This document shows positions 10,129 through 20,630 of a DNA stretch of 64,000 nt, piece by piece (position 1 is the stretch's first letter; each line of letters opens with the position of its first letter). A program made the translations under genes and the position numbers. The notes beneath the pieces were generated by a model that was given only the letters and a program-made list of their open reading frames with translations, made no database searches and was not told the origin of the DNA. Origin of the DNA: a virus. Lineage: Duplodnaviria > Heunggongvirae > Uroviricota > Caudoviricetes. The stretch is taken from positions 1,687 to 65,686 of the IMG/VR virus record IMGVR_UViG_3300029705_000054. One strand, written 5' to 3'.

Positions 10129-10420
10129 TATAATTCATCTCCTTTCTTTTAGTATTGGAAAGATTGTAATGACTTTTATAATGACTATAAAATTAAGTAG
10201 TTTAATAATTCGTTACAATCTTTCTTAGTGACAATGTATTTCTTTGTCATTGTTATATTAAAATTAAGGTAATACAATTATCTACTTTTGAAAAATTTTT
10301 AACTTTCGCTCCTCGGCGCCAATGCGCCTTCGTCGCGTCAAGAGGTAAAACAATAAGAGCGCCGGGTTTTACCCAACGCTCTATTCTCTATATTTATACT
10401 TCTATAACCTGGACCGGCGC

Positions 10421-10792
10421 TTATATCAATCCAAAAAGATCTCCAAATCCGAATTCCTTTTTCTTCTTCATCATCTTAGCATACATAGGAATTATTCCTT
10501 CAATCTGAATAAGGTACTCTTCCACCTCTTTTAGATCTTCTTCAGTCCAGCTCTCTCCCTCTTCCAAAAGGTCAAAAGCCTCACTATATGCAAGTACAGC
10601 ATTGATGAAATGCGCGCGAGCCTCTGCCTTAAGCGCCTCTTTCGCGGTCTGCTCTTCATCTTTCTTCTTTTGAGATTCGCGCGCCTGACGCTCTTCTTCC
10701 ATTTTCAAGGTTCTCTTGGCGCGAATCTGGTCTATAGCTTCTGCAATCTCTTCTTCAGATGCACCATTCATGATCATATCTTCAATATTCAT
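10421..10792 (-). CDS. acidic coiled-coil protein (~124 aa)
   Basis: Start refined to MNIEDMIMNG, which has an RBS. The ORF-track N-terminus lies upstream of that RBS. Confidence 0.45.
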   Translation of the reverse strand: MNIEDMIMNGASEEEIAEAIDQIRAKRTLKMEEERQARESQKKKDEEQTAKEALKAEARAHFINAVLAYSEAFDLLEEGESWTEEDLKEVEEYLIQIEGIIPMYAKMMKKKKEFGFGDLFGLI

Positions 10793-10944
10793 TGGTATTA
10801 TTTCCTTTCTTATATTTTCTATAATTATTATATCATATATTTTATTATAAATCAATAGGGATAACGAAGACGAGAGATGAGTGGAAGTGGTTCTGGATTC
10901 GGTCGCAGGACAACTCTCCACTCTACTATAATTTCTCCACATCT

Positions 10945-11340
10945 TCACCATATTTTCCTACATCCTTTAAAATCCCATCTTCCATTTTCATCTGCCTGAA
11001 CTGCCGCTGTTACCGCATTCCAAATATTCTTCATATAACAAATGCAATCAGTAGGAACCTAAGTATTTAATACAGGTTTTAACAATCGAATATTTTCTTT
11101 TTCTCTTGTCTTAATATCGATTCTATTCCATGACGGATACTCTTCTAATAAATAACAATGAAGCCCAACTTTTAAATCATTCAATCTACCCAATATCCAA
11201 TATAATTTATTTTTCTTATATTTATTCTCATCTTGTTTTATTTTAGCTAAATGTCCCCATGTTCTATTTTCCAACTATTCACTCTGTCCCACATAGTAAA
11301 CTCTTCCCATATCATCAGCAATTACATATACTCCCCTCAA
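10945..11340 (-). CDS. GIY-YIG homing endonuclease with 2 in-frame TAG codons. Start uncertain, possibly TTG
   Basis: Motif GVYVIADDMGRVYYVGQSE-Q-LENRTWGH (GIY..YVG..R..H). Confidence 0.5.
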
Positions 11341-12131
11341 AACTCAAACCCTCCAATCTTCTTTATCGGCGAAGCCGCAGGGGTGTCGGGGCGAAGCCCT
11401 GACTCGCCGCGAGGCGAAATGGAAACTTCATTATTATTATTCTAGTTATTATTGTTATTATAGTTATTATTATTGTGGAAACTTTGGAAACTTGGAAACG
11501 TTTCTAAACTTTCTTCTTCTTTCTTAATATTTCCAGAATTTTCAGAAACTTTTTCTATACTTTCCTCATTTTTTGGAAACTTTCCATTATTTCCAGAATT
11601 TTCGGAAACTTTCTTTAATTTTCCTTCATTATCTAACAACTCTGGAAACTGTGTACGAATGGTAGACATTTTCTTTGAAATAGCGGGCGGCTGAACACCT
11701 AGCTCACGCGCAATCGCCGCCTGTGTCATACCCCTATTATACATATCTGCAATTGGCTTTAGCGCGTCTCTTGTTGCAGCGACCTTAGCATCATATTTAT
11801 CTTGATTCTTTTTAGTCGTAACCTTATATCCTTCAACAAAGCCTTCAATAATATCATCGTCACTACTAATATCACCTGTTAATACATATTCAATAAAACT
11901 AATAGCTAATTCTCCAGCTTGTACAGGATCTTTCTCATATCTCTTTTTTATCTGTGACAACATAGTCTGATATACGTTACCAAAATCTCTTACAGGATTA
12001 TTCTTAAATTCTTTAATCATTATCCGATACCTCCGATTCCTTATTTTAAACCTAAGATAATTTGCGCATAGCCTCTTGTAACTCAAGACTATCTTCAAAT
12101 ACATAATTATCAAAATAAGGTTTCTTCTCAT
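11337..12131 (-). CDS. sigma-70 region-4-like HTH protein with internal KVSENSGN repeats and an Asn-rich tail. One in-frame TAG
   Basis: HTH MTQAAIARELGVQPPAISKKM. Two copies of IEKVSENSGN. The NNNNYNNNNN-Q-NNNN tail runs on to a TGA. Confidence 0.45.
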
Positions 12132-12183
12132 CAGGTATCACTCTAATAATCTTAAAACCCAACTTGCGTAATTCGTACGCCAT
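12046..12183 (-). CDS. small protein (~46 aa) with one in-frame TAG
   Basis: MAYELRKLGFKIIRV... Short, no recognisable domain. Confidence 0.3.
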
Positions 12184-12208
12184 TTTTCGAGTGTAAATCA
12201 CTCTTTCT

Positions 12209-12406
12209 TTAATTTGACCCATTTCCGTTTACTCGGCGCAAATAGTTCTCTAATTGCTGCTTCACCCAAATAGCAGGAGCATCTCTATTGATAAACTTAT
12301 AAAGCTAATCAGGATTATCTAATTTTGCCTCTTTCGCAATCAACTTATACGTATAACCTTTTGCGCGCATCTCCTTTAACTAAAATATTATTTCTTCACG
12401 AGTCAT
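12209..12406 (-). CDS. small HTH protein (65 aa) with 2 in-frame TAG codons
   Basis: MTREEIIF-Q-LKEMRAKGYTYKLIAKEAKLDNPD-Q-LYKFI. RBS aaaggagttagtaATG with a -10-like tataat upstream. Confidence 0.4.
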
Positions 12407-12663
12407 TACTAACTCCTTTCACTATTATATAAAAATTAAGGTAGTAATTGTATCTATTTTTGTCCAAAATTTTTTCCATAATACTACCTTAATTTGCCAA
12501 TTTTTCGACGATATACTCTTTTCTATATTTTCCTTATCGCATCATCTTTAATAGTTTTGCAACAATCTGTTGTCATGCCGCCTTTTATCAAAAGCAAGTT
12601 CAATTAAAATCGTAGCAAAATCGTGTTGGTTCATGCGCCAATCTGCACCCTTAGCAGCTTACA

Positions 12664-13071
12664 TCAAAAGTTGGCGCCACTTTCAACTTCGCTATTATAA
12701 TGCAACGTTCTTAATAACGAACGCAATCTTGAAGTACGTGAAACAGACTGCTTTAACTCATCAATGCGCGCCATTACTGTATCAAGCTTCTCTTCAAGCT
12801 GATCTACTCTTGCTGAAATATCCACTTGTAAAGCGCTAACAGAATCTGCCTTAGCACTTATATCTCCACAGTAGCCTATACTTATTGGCTTTTCATAACT
12901 AGTTGCCATTGCATAAGTATTAGCACTATCATATCCTACTATAGAAGATAAAGCATCTTGATCTATCACGCAATTATTAGCGCTAAAACTCAATTCCCCA
13001 GGTCCAAGAGTTATTTTTCTATCAAAAGAATCTCCAAAATAAGCTTCACCTGTTTTTGCCCAATTACTCAT
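12664..13071 (-). CDS. hypothetical coiled-coil protein (135 aa)
   Basis: ORF with ATGA overlap to the upstream gene. Stop is TGA. Confidence 0.45.
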   Translation of the reverse strand: MSNWAKTGEAYFGDSFDRKITLGPGELSFSANNCVIDQDALSSIVGYDSANTYAMATSYEKPISIGYCGDISAKADSVSALQVDISARVDQLEEKLDTVMARIDELKQSVSRTSRLRSLLRTLHYNSEVESGANF

Positions 13072-13547
13072 TTTACACTCCTTTCATCACAAAAGCCGAA
13101 ATAAACCATGTGATTCATTAATCCTAAATCTTTTATTACTGCGCCGGCCGCACCCTCTGGTAACTTATAGTCAAGAAAAATTTTATTAGCATAATTCTTC
13201 TTTTCTCTATTTGTTAACTCTTTAATCTTTGCTTTACCATACTAATAAACCAATAGTTCATCATCATTATCAAAATACACTTTAATCACACCAACATTCT
13301 CTTGACTACTATCATATTTTGTAATTTTAATATTAGCATCTCCATGAGCTTTAATACATAGTGTCGTTAATTTAACTAAATAAGGGCAATATTCATCCAT
13401 TACCATAATATTCCTTGTAGGTGTGTAAGGCGCCGAATCATCACCTAATTTTGCCTATAGGCGCCGATTCTTAATTAACATACGTCCATAGTCAAATCCA
13501 ATAAATATTAATCCAGCTATTAAAATAATTAATCCAATTATTTCCAC
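13068..13547 (-). CDS. membrane-anchored protein (N-terminal transmembrane helix) with GTG start and 2 in-frame TAG codons
   Basis: RBS aaaggagaaagatacGTG. TM segment EIIGLIILIAGLIFIGF. Confidence 0.4.
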
Positions 13548-13721
13548 GTATCTTTCTCCTTTTATTTCTTTTATTCATATTAATTATAATATAAAATTAA
13601 AATAAAGTCAAATTTAACTTCTTATCTGCTATATTATCACCACCTTTTGCTTTCTAATTGATTTTTTTCAAAAAATATGATAAAATATATATGTAATAAA
13701 AAAGAAAAGAGAGGAAATAAA

Positions 13722-13964
13722 ATGAACGCTATTAAAGTTACTATTGGAAATTCTTATCTACATGGACTTATCGAAGAATTTATCTGTGACCGCGTCGATA
13801 TTACAAATAAAGAGGAAATGGAATACTGCGCAGAAGAGTGTGTTGGAGCTTATCTTGATATGCACGCAGATGTCATTTTTGCTAAACTTCCCGACGTGAA
13901 TTCAGACGAAATCTATGATGCTTGTTATTATACCATAGAGGAGGTTACGCCTAATGAACTTTAA
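13722..13964 (+). CDS. hypothetical acidic protein
   Basis: Start refined to the ATG after RBS aagagaggaaataaaATG. Preceded by a class-B promoter. Confidence 0.45.
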   Translation: MNAIKVTIGNSYLHGLIEEFICDRVDITNKEEMEYCAEECVGAYLDMHADVIFAKLPDVNSDEIYDACYYTIEEVTPNEL

Positions 13965-14172
13965 TCCTTTAAATATAGCAATAGCTCAGCATTATGAAAA
14001 TGTTGAAAAAGCAATTAATTATCTTGTAGATTTATATTACGATGATGTCGATATTGCAGATAAAAAAATTTTTGACGAGGTTATGAAGCAGTATGGATTG
14101 CTCGATGATGGATTTGAATCAGAACAGGAATATATTATTCAACAGGTATCGAAAAAGATAAACCAACGATAA
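13954..14172 (+). CDS. hypothetical acidic protein (72 aa)
   Basis: ORF overlaps the upstream stop. A hairpin terminator follows. Confidence 0.45.
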   Translation: MNFNPLNIAIAQHYENVEKAINYLVDLYYDDVDIADKKIFDEVMKQYGLLDDGFESEQEYIIQQVSKKINQR

Positions 14173-14311
14173 CAGTTTATGACGGCGCCGAATAATCACT
14201 TTACGCCTCTCAGAGCGACGCATTCGCGCCGCTCTGTTTTTTATTGATTTTTTATTTAATTTATGTTATAATTAAGTATAAGAAAAAATCAGAGAGGAAA
14301 TAAATATATAA

Positions 14312-15178
14312 ATGACAAAACAAGAAATACTAAATTTCTTAAAAAATACAATCCCAGTACTTGATTCTGGATTTAACTTAAAAGATACAGAGGCTTATCT
14401 TGAAGATCCTATACGTGAAGCTCAACCGCCTTTTGAATTTTCTCTTGATGGAGGAATATCGAAAGCTGTATTGCTTATTAAAGGTGAGCCTTATGTTATT
14501 AAAATTCCTTTTCATTGCGTATTTGAGCAGGATAGTTATGACGATGCCTATTGTGATTGGGAATCAGCAAGAGATGACTATTATGAAGAATGGGCGCAAC
14601 AAATGCTTATCAAATGTAACGGTGATATACAACTTGCTCGTCAAAAAATGGACGAAAAAATGAAAGACTATGATACCAAATATCCTGAGCCAGATGAAGG
14701 AGATAGGATATGGTATACAGATCTTGAATACGCAAATGATATCGAACTGCCTCATGATGAAGAACAATATATTGAACCTTGGAACTATTGCGCGCTGGAA
14801 ACTATACTTTATGAACACGCGCTTGAGGCAGGTTTGGGCGCCTATTTCGCTGAAGAAGGTTTCCTTGGTATGATAGATGAAACACCTATTTATTATCAGC
14901 AAAGATGTATTCCTCTTGATGAAATGGGAATTGATTACAATAGTGATGACTATAAAAAGAAAAAGAAAATATCAGATAAAGTTTGTCAGGAGCTAGATAT
15001 TATCGCTTTTAACGATATATGGGTAGCAGATTTTATTGCTTGTTATGGACAAGAGGAACTAAAAAGACTATATGACTTCCTTGATGAATATCGAATAGGA
15101 GATTTAAGAGCCGCAAATATAGGATATCTTAATGGGGCGCCAATCCTTTTCGATTACTCTGGATATAGAGAATGGTAA
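14312..15178 (+). CDS. hypothetical acidic protein (288 aa)
   Basis: Long ORF with RBS agagaggaaataaatatataaATG. Confidence 0.55.
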   Translation: MTKQEILNFLKNTIPVLDSGFNLKDTEAYLEDPIREAQPPFEFSLDGGISKAVLLIKGEPYVIKIPFHCVFEQDSYDDAYCDWESARDDYYEEWAQQMLIKCNGDIQLARQKMDEKMKDYDTKYPEPDEGDRIWYTDLEYANDIELPHDEEQYIEPWNYCALETILYEHALEAGLGAYFAEEGFLGMIDETPIYYQQRCIPLDEMGIDYNSDDYKKKKKISDKVCQELDIIAFNDIWVADFIACYGQEELKRLYDFLDEYRIGDLRAANIGYLNGAPILFDYSGYREW

Positions 15179-15195
15179 AGAAAGGAGGTTAAAAA

Positions 15196-15456
15196 ATGGC
15201 AGTTGCAATTATCTATTTAATAACTATCGCAATGTTTTGGCTTGGACTAGCAGCATGTATCATAGCTGTTCCTACTGCGCCAATAGCCGCAGGTATAGGG
15301 ATCGCAGTTCTAGGTACTATCACAAGCTGTTTAATTACAGGATTCATATTTCTTGTATTACGAGGATTTAAAGTTAGTTCAAAGGCTTCACTTGAAAAAT
15401 CCAAAAATTTTTGGTATAATATAAATGTAAAGAATGGGAAAAGCAGAAACGAGTAA
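15196..15456 (+). CDS. small membrane protein
   Basis: Two hydrophobic helices. RBS aaaggaggttaaaaaATG. Confidence 0.45.
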   Translation: MAVAIIYLITIAMFWLGLAACIIAVPTAPIAAGIGIAVLGTITSCLITGFIFLVLRGFKVSSKASLEKSKNFWYNINVKNGKSRNE

Positions 15457-15568
15457 TAATAAAAATTATTCGTGGGCAATATACCCAAAGTTGAAAAAAT
15501 AAAAAATTTTTGGTATAATAATAACACCAAATAAAAAAAATAATTTAATTTTTAAGGAGAAAAAAACA

Positions 15569-15958
15569 ATGGCAGACACAAAGAGAACAACAGCTATGAA
15601 GCTCACCGAGTGGAAGGAGCTTTATGCAGACAACGCAGAATTCGTAGAGTACGCAGAGAACGAGCTTGCAAAGCTTGACAAGAAAAATGCAAAGAACAGA
15701 GAGCGCGCAGCCGCTAAGAGAGCTGAAGGCGACGAGCTTCAAGGCAACGTCTTTGCAGTAATTACTAACGAGCCTCAGACAAGAGACGACATTCTTGTTG
15801 CAATGAATGACGAGAGCGGCGAGCTTACTGTTCATAAGATTCAGGCTAAGCTTAACAACCTTGTTGAGTCTGGCGCAATTGCAAAGTGCAAGGTAAAGAC
15901 TGAGGATGGTAAGACAAAGACAGCTTACACTCTTCCCGTTGATACTGATGCTGAGTAA
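15569..15958 (+). CDS. third member of the winged-helix-like early paralog family
   Basis: MADTKRT.. N-terminus and C-terminal ..LNNLVESGAIAKCKVKTEDGKTKTAYTL, as in 5980 and 6956. A terminator follows. Confidence 0.5.
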   Translation: MADTKRTTAMKLTEWKELYADNAEFVEYAENELAKLDKKNAKNRERAAAKRAEGDELQGNVFAVITNEPQTRDDILVAMNDESGELTVHKIQAKLNNLVESGAIAKCKVKTEDGKTKTAYTLPVDTDAE

Positions 15959-16054
15959 TAGCAATAGAACGTAATATTTGAACTTAAGACTTAAAACAGG
16001 CGGCGGGATTGATTATCGCCGCCTGTTTTTTACTCGTAAAAGGAGATTAATAAT

Positions 16055-16876
16055 ATGAAATATTGTGCTTTATTTTCCAATAAAATAAACTTAAATGCCT
16101 TTGATGAAATTGCGATTCTTTATGATAGACAAGATAAAGAGCTTGTTCCTTTTATGCAAAAGTATTCAAACAAGAAAATTATTTTAAGGATAACAAATCT
16201 TCAAGATTTCTATGAAGCAAAAGAATGGAAAAAACTTAATGCAATTCATCAAAAATATCCTGAGCTAGGTTTTACAGTATGTTTTAAAGAAGTAGGATAT
16301 TTTACTGTAATGTCTGAAATGATGGTAGAATGTATACAAAGTTTAGAGATACCTTATTTTACTGGAGATACAGTAGTCAATTTTGACCAACTACATTATC
16401 TTGTAGAACAAGGTGTTTCGGAAGTTTATCTTGCAGAAGATATTTGCTTTGATCTGAAGCGCGCAAAGAAGGTATGTGACAATTATGGGGTGCAGATTAG
16501 AGCATTTCCAAATGTAGCTCAAGGAAGCATTCAATCTGGACCGGCGCTCAAAAAATTCTTTATTCGTCCAGAAGATGTAGTAGAATATGAAGATTGCATT
16601 TCGACTCTTGAATTCTGGGGCCCAACCAATAGACAAGAGATTTTATATAGAATCTATAAAAAAGGAGTTTGGCTTGGAGATTTAAATCAAATTATTCTTG
16701 ATTTTGATTTATCTTTTGACTCTAGTCGCATCGTACCAGGGTTTGCGCAATTGCGTAAAAGTTGTGGACGAAAATGTATGAAAGGCGAACATTGTTCTAT
16801 CTGTGATCGAGTTCTTAATATCAGTGAAAAGCTAAAACAAAAGAATCTTGTCATTAAAAAGAAAAAGAATAATTGA
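16055..16876 (+). CDS. hypothetical protein with a C-terminal Cys cluster (CGRKCMKGEHCSIC)
   Basis: Long ORF with RBS aaaggagattaataatATG. Confidence 0.55.
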   Translation: MKYCALFSNKINLNAFDEIAILYDRQDKELVPFMQKYSNKKIILRITNLQDFYEAKEWKKLNAIHQKYPELGFTVCFKEVGYFTVMSEMMVECIQSLEIPYFTGDTVVNFDQLHYLVEQGVSEVYLAEDICFDLKRAKKVCDNYGVQIRAFPNVAQGSIQSGPALKKFFIRPEDVVEYEDCISTLEFWGPTNRQEILYRIYKKGVWLGDLNQIILDFDLSFDSSRIVPGFAQLRKSCGRKCMKGEHCSICDRVLNISEKLKQKNLVIKKKKNN

Positions 16877-16994
16877 TTTAAAGTAGTTGAATAGTGAAAA
16901 AATTCAGGTTAAAGTTATATAAATTATTTAATACAAAAATAATATATTAATGAAGTCAATAAGGCTTAAATAAACATATTAAAGGAGAAAATTT

Positions 16995-17825
16995 ATGACA
17001 AATAATTATTGTATTTATATGCACAAAAATAAGGTTAATGGTAAGGTTTATATTGGATAGACAAATTAGAAACCTGAATATCGTTGGGGAGACAATGGAA
17101 AACGATATGAAAACTGTCCTCATTTTTTTCACGCAATTAATAAATATGGCTGGGACTAGTTTGAGCATATTATTTTAGAAACAAATTTAACTTTAAACTA
17201 GGCTAATGAACGAGAAGCTTATTGGATAAAACATTATAATTCAACTAATAAAGAAAAAGGATATAATATTCAAGCAGGCGGTTTAAATAGAAATGTTTCA
17301 AATGACACTAGACAAAAACTAAGTGAGCATGCTAAAGCTCTTTGGCAAGAAGATTCTCATCGTGAAAAGATGTCACAATTAATGAAAAATAAGTGGTAGG
17401 ATCCGGAGTATATTGAAAAACAAAGAGTTGCTCGGGAAACTAGACACTGGGAAATGTCAGAAGAGGGGAGAAAAAGTATCAGTGAAACTCGTAAAGCCTA
17501 TATTACTAAACATGGAACTCCTACACAAGGAAAAGGACATAGCGAAGAAGCTAAAGAAAAAATTCGACAAGCTAAACTTGGAGAAAAAAATCCAATGTAT
17601 GGAAAAACTACTTCTGATTATCAAAAGCAAAGAGCTAAAGAGTGCCAAAGTAAAAAGATTTAGTGTGTTGAAACTGGAGAAATATTTTCTTCTCGAAAAG
17701 AAGCAGCTGCATGGGCGGGACTCAAAACTTCAACAGGTATCTTAGATTATTTAGCAGGTAGAAAAAAGAGCGCAGGAAAACATCCTATTACAGGAGAAAA
17801 ACTTCATTGGAAAAATATTGATTGA
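16995..17825 (+). CDS. free-standing GIY-YIG homing endonuclease. Reading it requires translating 6 in-frame TAG codons as Gln
   Basis: Readable as NGKVYIG-Q-TN-Q-..GWD-Q-FEHIILE..LN-Q-ANEREAYW..KKI-Q-CVETGEIFSS. Each TAG sits where GIY-YIG families usually have Gln. Confidence 0.6.
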
Positions 17826-17881
17826 TTTTTTATAAAAAATATGATATAATAATTATACAAAAAATAAAGGAGAATTATAAT

Positions 17882-18133
17882 ATGGCAAAAGGACAACAGT
17901 TAAAAAAAGAAATTCAAGCGAAGATTTTAGAGGTGTTTCCTGGAAGTTTTTTATATAACGATGCCAAGGAGATAAGAATATGTGGTATTGAAGATGGTCA
18001 ATCACTACAAGTTAAATGCGTTTTAACGTGTGCCAAAGAAAACGTTACGTGCGGCGCAGATAATGCAATGCCTGGAGATTTTCCCGCGCCAAAGATGACG
18101 GCGCCGACCCCTGAGCGTATAGAACCAGTTTAG
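17882..18133 (+). CDS. hypothetical protein (84 aa)
   Basis: Class-B promoter and RBS aaaggagaattataatATG. Confidence 0.45.
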   Translation: MAKGQQLKKEIQAKILEVFPGSFLYNDAKEIRICGIEDGQSLQVKCVLTCAKENVTCGADNAMPGDFPAPKMTAPTPERIEPV

Positions 18134-18216
18134 GTTTCTGAATGGGAAAAACAAAAGGTTGCAGGTTTGCTAAAAGCTTTAGGTCTGTAATTTATTTTTA
18201 AAAGGAGAGATACTAT

Positions 18217-18510
18217 ATGGCAAAAGCACAATTACTCCGCTATACTGAGTGGGAAAATAATGGAATGTGGTATTGTAATGATACCTCTGATGTAACAAGT
18301 GTTCGCTTTGAATGGTGGGTACCTGCGCGCATGTTAGGTATCTCTCCTGCTGATTATGTTAAACTGATAATCGAAAAGTTTAAACCAGATAGAATTAAAT
18401 ATAATGAAGAACGTAATGTACTCGTCTATTGTTGGAAGAACATAAGCGATTGTCGTAAGTTTAAAAATTGGCTCAATGCTGAAGCGCGAAAGCATAACTT
18501 TATAGTATAA
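18217..18510 (+). CDS. hypothetical protein (97 aa)
   Basis: ORF with RBS aaaggagagatactatATG. Confidence 0.5.
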   Translation: MAKAQLLRYTEWENNGMWYCNDTSDVTSVRFEWWVPARMLGISPADYVKLIIEKFKPDRIKYNEERNVLVYCWKNISDCRKFKNWLNAEARKHNFIV

Positions 18511-18522
18511 GGAGTAAGAAAA

Positions 18523-18840
18523 ATGATTGAAAAGAAAAATTTTATAACGATGGCAGATACTATCAAACAGTATTTTACAGGAGACGTGCCAAAAGCATTT
18601 GATATTCTTGGCATTAACGAAACTGTTATTGATAATATGATGGATGCTTTCACGATGGCGCTAAGTAATGAAGTTGATCCACTTGGATTGGCAAGATTAG
18701 ATGAAAACGTCGTAGATTGTGGAGATTATATTTGTCATTGGCTTTTTAATGAAGGTGAATTTGAGAAACTTTGTCCTACTGCCTCTGATTTGTATGATTA
18801 TATTGTAAACAGATATAGCCAGTTAAAAAAAGAAGATTAA
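18523..18840 (+). CDS. hypothetical protein (105 aa)
   Basis: ORF with an RBS. Confidence 0.5.
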   Translation: MIEKKNFITMADTIKQYFTGDVPKAFDILGINETVIDNMMDAFTMALSNEVDPLGLARLDENVVDCGDYICHWLFNEGEFEKLCPTASDLYDYIVNRYSQLKKED

Positions 18841-18923
18841 AAACTCTCTTTCTTAATTGATTTTTATAAAAAATTATGATATAATATATATATACACAAA
18901 AGAAAGAAAGAGAGAAAAAAGAA

Positions 18924-19220
18924 ATGACAGATAATTTTTGGCTTTATAAAGTTACTTGGTTTATTGATGGCGAAACGCGTCAAAATCAAGGAATAGTTTG
19001 CGCAGAATCTTTCGCAGAAGCAGCTGGCAAAGTTGATAAAAACTATGATAATGTTAGTGATATGACTATCATTAGCACTGATTGCTATGAAGTATTTGAC
19101 TTGGGTGATCTTCTTGAATTTCTAAGGATAGATGAAAAGGAAGAACGCTCCGAACTTGGTCCGCAACTTATTGCAGCTCTTGAAGAAGCAATAGCTATTA
19201 CAAAGAGAGAACAAGAATGA
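18924..19220 (+). CDS. hypothetical protein (98 aa)
   Basis: ORF with class-B promoter and an RBS. Confidence 0.5.
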   Translation: MTDNFWLYKVTWFIDGETRQNQGIVCAESFAEAAGKVDKNYDNVSDMTIISTDCYEVFDLGDLLEFLRIDEKEERSELGPQLIAALEEAIAITKREQE

Positions 19221-19981
19221 CAGATGTAATGTCAAGATTAGACCAGCACTATTCTCGTGCTATTGAATACTATGGTAAGGAAGCAGTTCTTGGTGTCTTT
19301 CTTTACGGTTCTTGGAATTATAATACTAATACACCTGATTCTGATGTCGACACCAAGTGCATTGTTATTCCTGACCTTTATCATTTGGCGCTGAAGCCTT
19401 ATGATGTAAAACATCTTCATATCTTTACAGAAGAAGGAAAAGACTTTGAAGTATGTGAGTGTATGACCATTATGCATATGGTAAGTAACTGGAAAAAGCA
19501 GAATATCAACTTTCTTGAGATTATGTTTACTGACTATTGCATTATCAATCCTCTTTATAAAGATATGTGGGAAGAGCTATTTCCTCTTGCCGAGAGAGAA
19601 AAAGTTGCGCGCTATGATTTGCGCCAAGCTATTCGCTCTATGGCGCATCAGGCTATTCATACTATTAAACAAGATCCAGCTGACCTTAAGAAACTTATGA
19701 ATACTGCAAGAATTGCTAATTCTTTGGCACGTCTTGTGACGCATAAAGAAATGCCTTATAAAAATGTAATCTGGCAGAATGATACCGTAAGAGGTATTCG
19801 TACTAATGAAACACCTGTGCCTATCTGTTTTGTCGATGATATGATTCTTTATTTTGAATCTATGATTGAAAAAGCAGAAAATTGGGAAGCAACAGACGAA
19901 GAGTTGGTAGAAAAGGGTAAAGTTAATTGCTTTTTAGACGAATTAATTTTAGATTTAATTGATTATAGGCTTAGTCTTTAA
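19217..19981 (+). CDS. Pol-beta-superfamily nucleotidyltransferase (minimal NTase fold)
   Basis: Motif YGSWNYNTNTPDSDVDTKCIV (GS..x..SDxD). It lies directly upstream of the tRNA island. Confidence 0.5.
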   Translation: MTDVMSRLDQHYSRAIEYYGKEAVLGVFLYGSWNYNTNTPDSDVDTKCIVIPDLYHLALKPYDVKHLHIFTEEGKDFEVCECMTIMHMVSNWKKQNINFLEIMFTDYCIINPLYKDMWEELFPLAEREKVARYDLRQAIRSMAHQAIHTIKQDPADLKKLMNTARIANSLARLVTHKEMPYKNVIWQNDTVRGIRTNETPVPICFVDDMILYFESMIEKAENWEATDEELVEKGKVNCFLDELILDLIDYRLSL

Positions 19982-19998
19982 GACTGAGTCTTACATAC

Positions 19999-20073
19999 GC
20001 CCGTTTAGCTCAGCGGAAGAGCACTGGATTTCTAATCCATTGGTCAGGAGTTCAAATCTCTTAACGGGTGCCA
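19999..20073 (+). tRNA. tRNA-Arg (anticodon TCT), CCA encoded
   Basis: Cloverleaf folded by hand: acceptor gcccgtt/aacgggt, anticodon loop tttctaa, T-loop ttcaaat. Confidence 0.6.
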
Positions 20074-20375
20074 TAAGGGACATTATTTCTGCCCTGCTTA
20101 GCGGTGAAAGATGACGTTAGACATTTAGCGAAAAAGCGTGGTTTTGAAGATGGGTATTTGCTCCTTATAAATAACCCATTCGGGAGGTCGTGGTGCCCGA
20201 AAGGCTAGCTGGCTAACCACAACTCAAGAAAGTTCCACGCTTGGCTTGGCGGCGAAAGATGGCGGTATGTATGATTACCGAAAAAGTATCATATAGGGCG
20301 ATAGGCGGACTTAAGGCGCCTATAGTGGAGGCAAGTCCCACTGTACAAGGTTTAGCCAACCAACTTGCATTTTAT

Positions 20376-20449
20376 GCTGGATTAGTTTAGCGGAAGAACG
20401 GGGCGCTACGGACGCCCAGACAAGGGTTCAACTCCTTTATCCAGTGCCA
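20376..20449 (+). tRNA. tRNA-Arg (anticodon ACG), CCA encoded
   Basis: Anticodon stem gggcg/cgccc with loop ctacgga. T-loop ttcaact. Confidence 0.55.
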
Positions 20450-20524
20450 ATACACAACCGACGGACAAGGCTTTGGCGTATGAAACAGGACGGTGGGACG
20501 CGAGTGGTCGAGATTGTGTTATAT

Positions 20525-20606
20525 GCGCATATGGCGGAATGGCAGACGCGGCTGGCTCAAACCCAGTTGAGTAATCGTGTGGGTTCAAGTCCCACTTTGC
20601 GCACCA
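20525..20606 (+). tRNA. tRNA-Leu (anticodon CAA), type II
   Basis: Loop ctcaaac, long variable arm, T-arm gtggg ttcaagt cccac, CCA. One mismatch in the acceptor stem. Confidence 0.45.
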
Positions 20607-20630
20607 TTAAATATAAAAGGAGAGAGGGAA

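Noticed and set aside
16995-17825. Reading the TAG-interrupted genes as pseudogenes
   Set aside because: Reading-frame continuity across every TAG, conserved-motif placement (TAG at Gln positions), restriction to a coherent gene set, and the presence of a Gln-type CUA suppressor tRNA all argue for recoding rather than decay. The exception is the 55679..58161 locus, which also has true frameshifts
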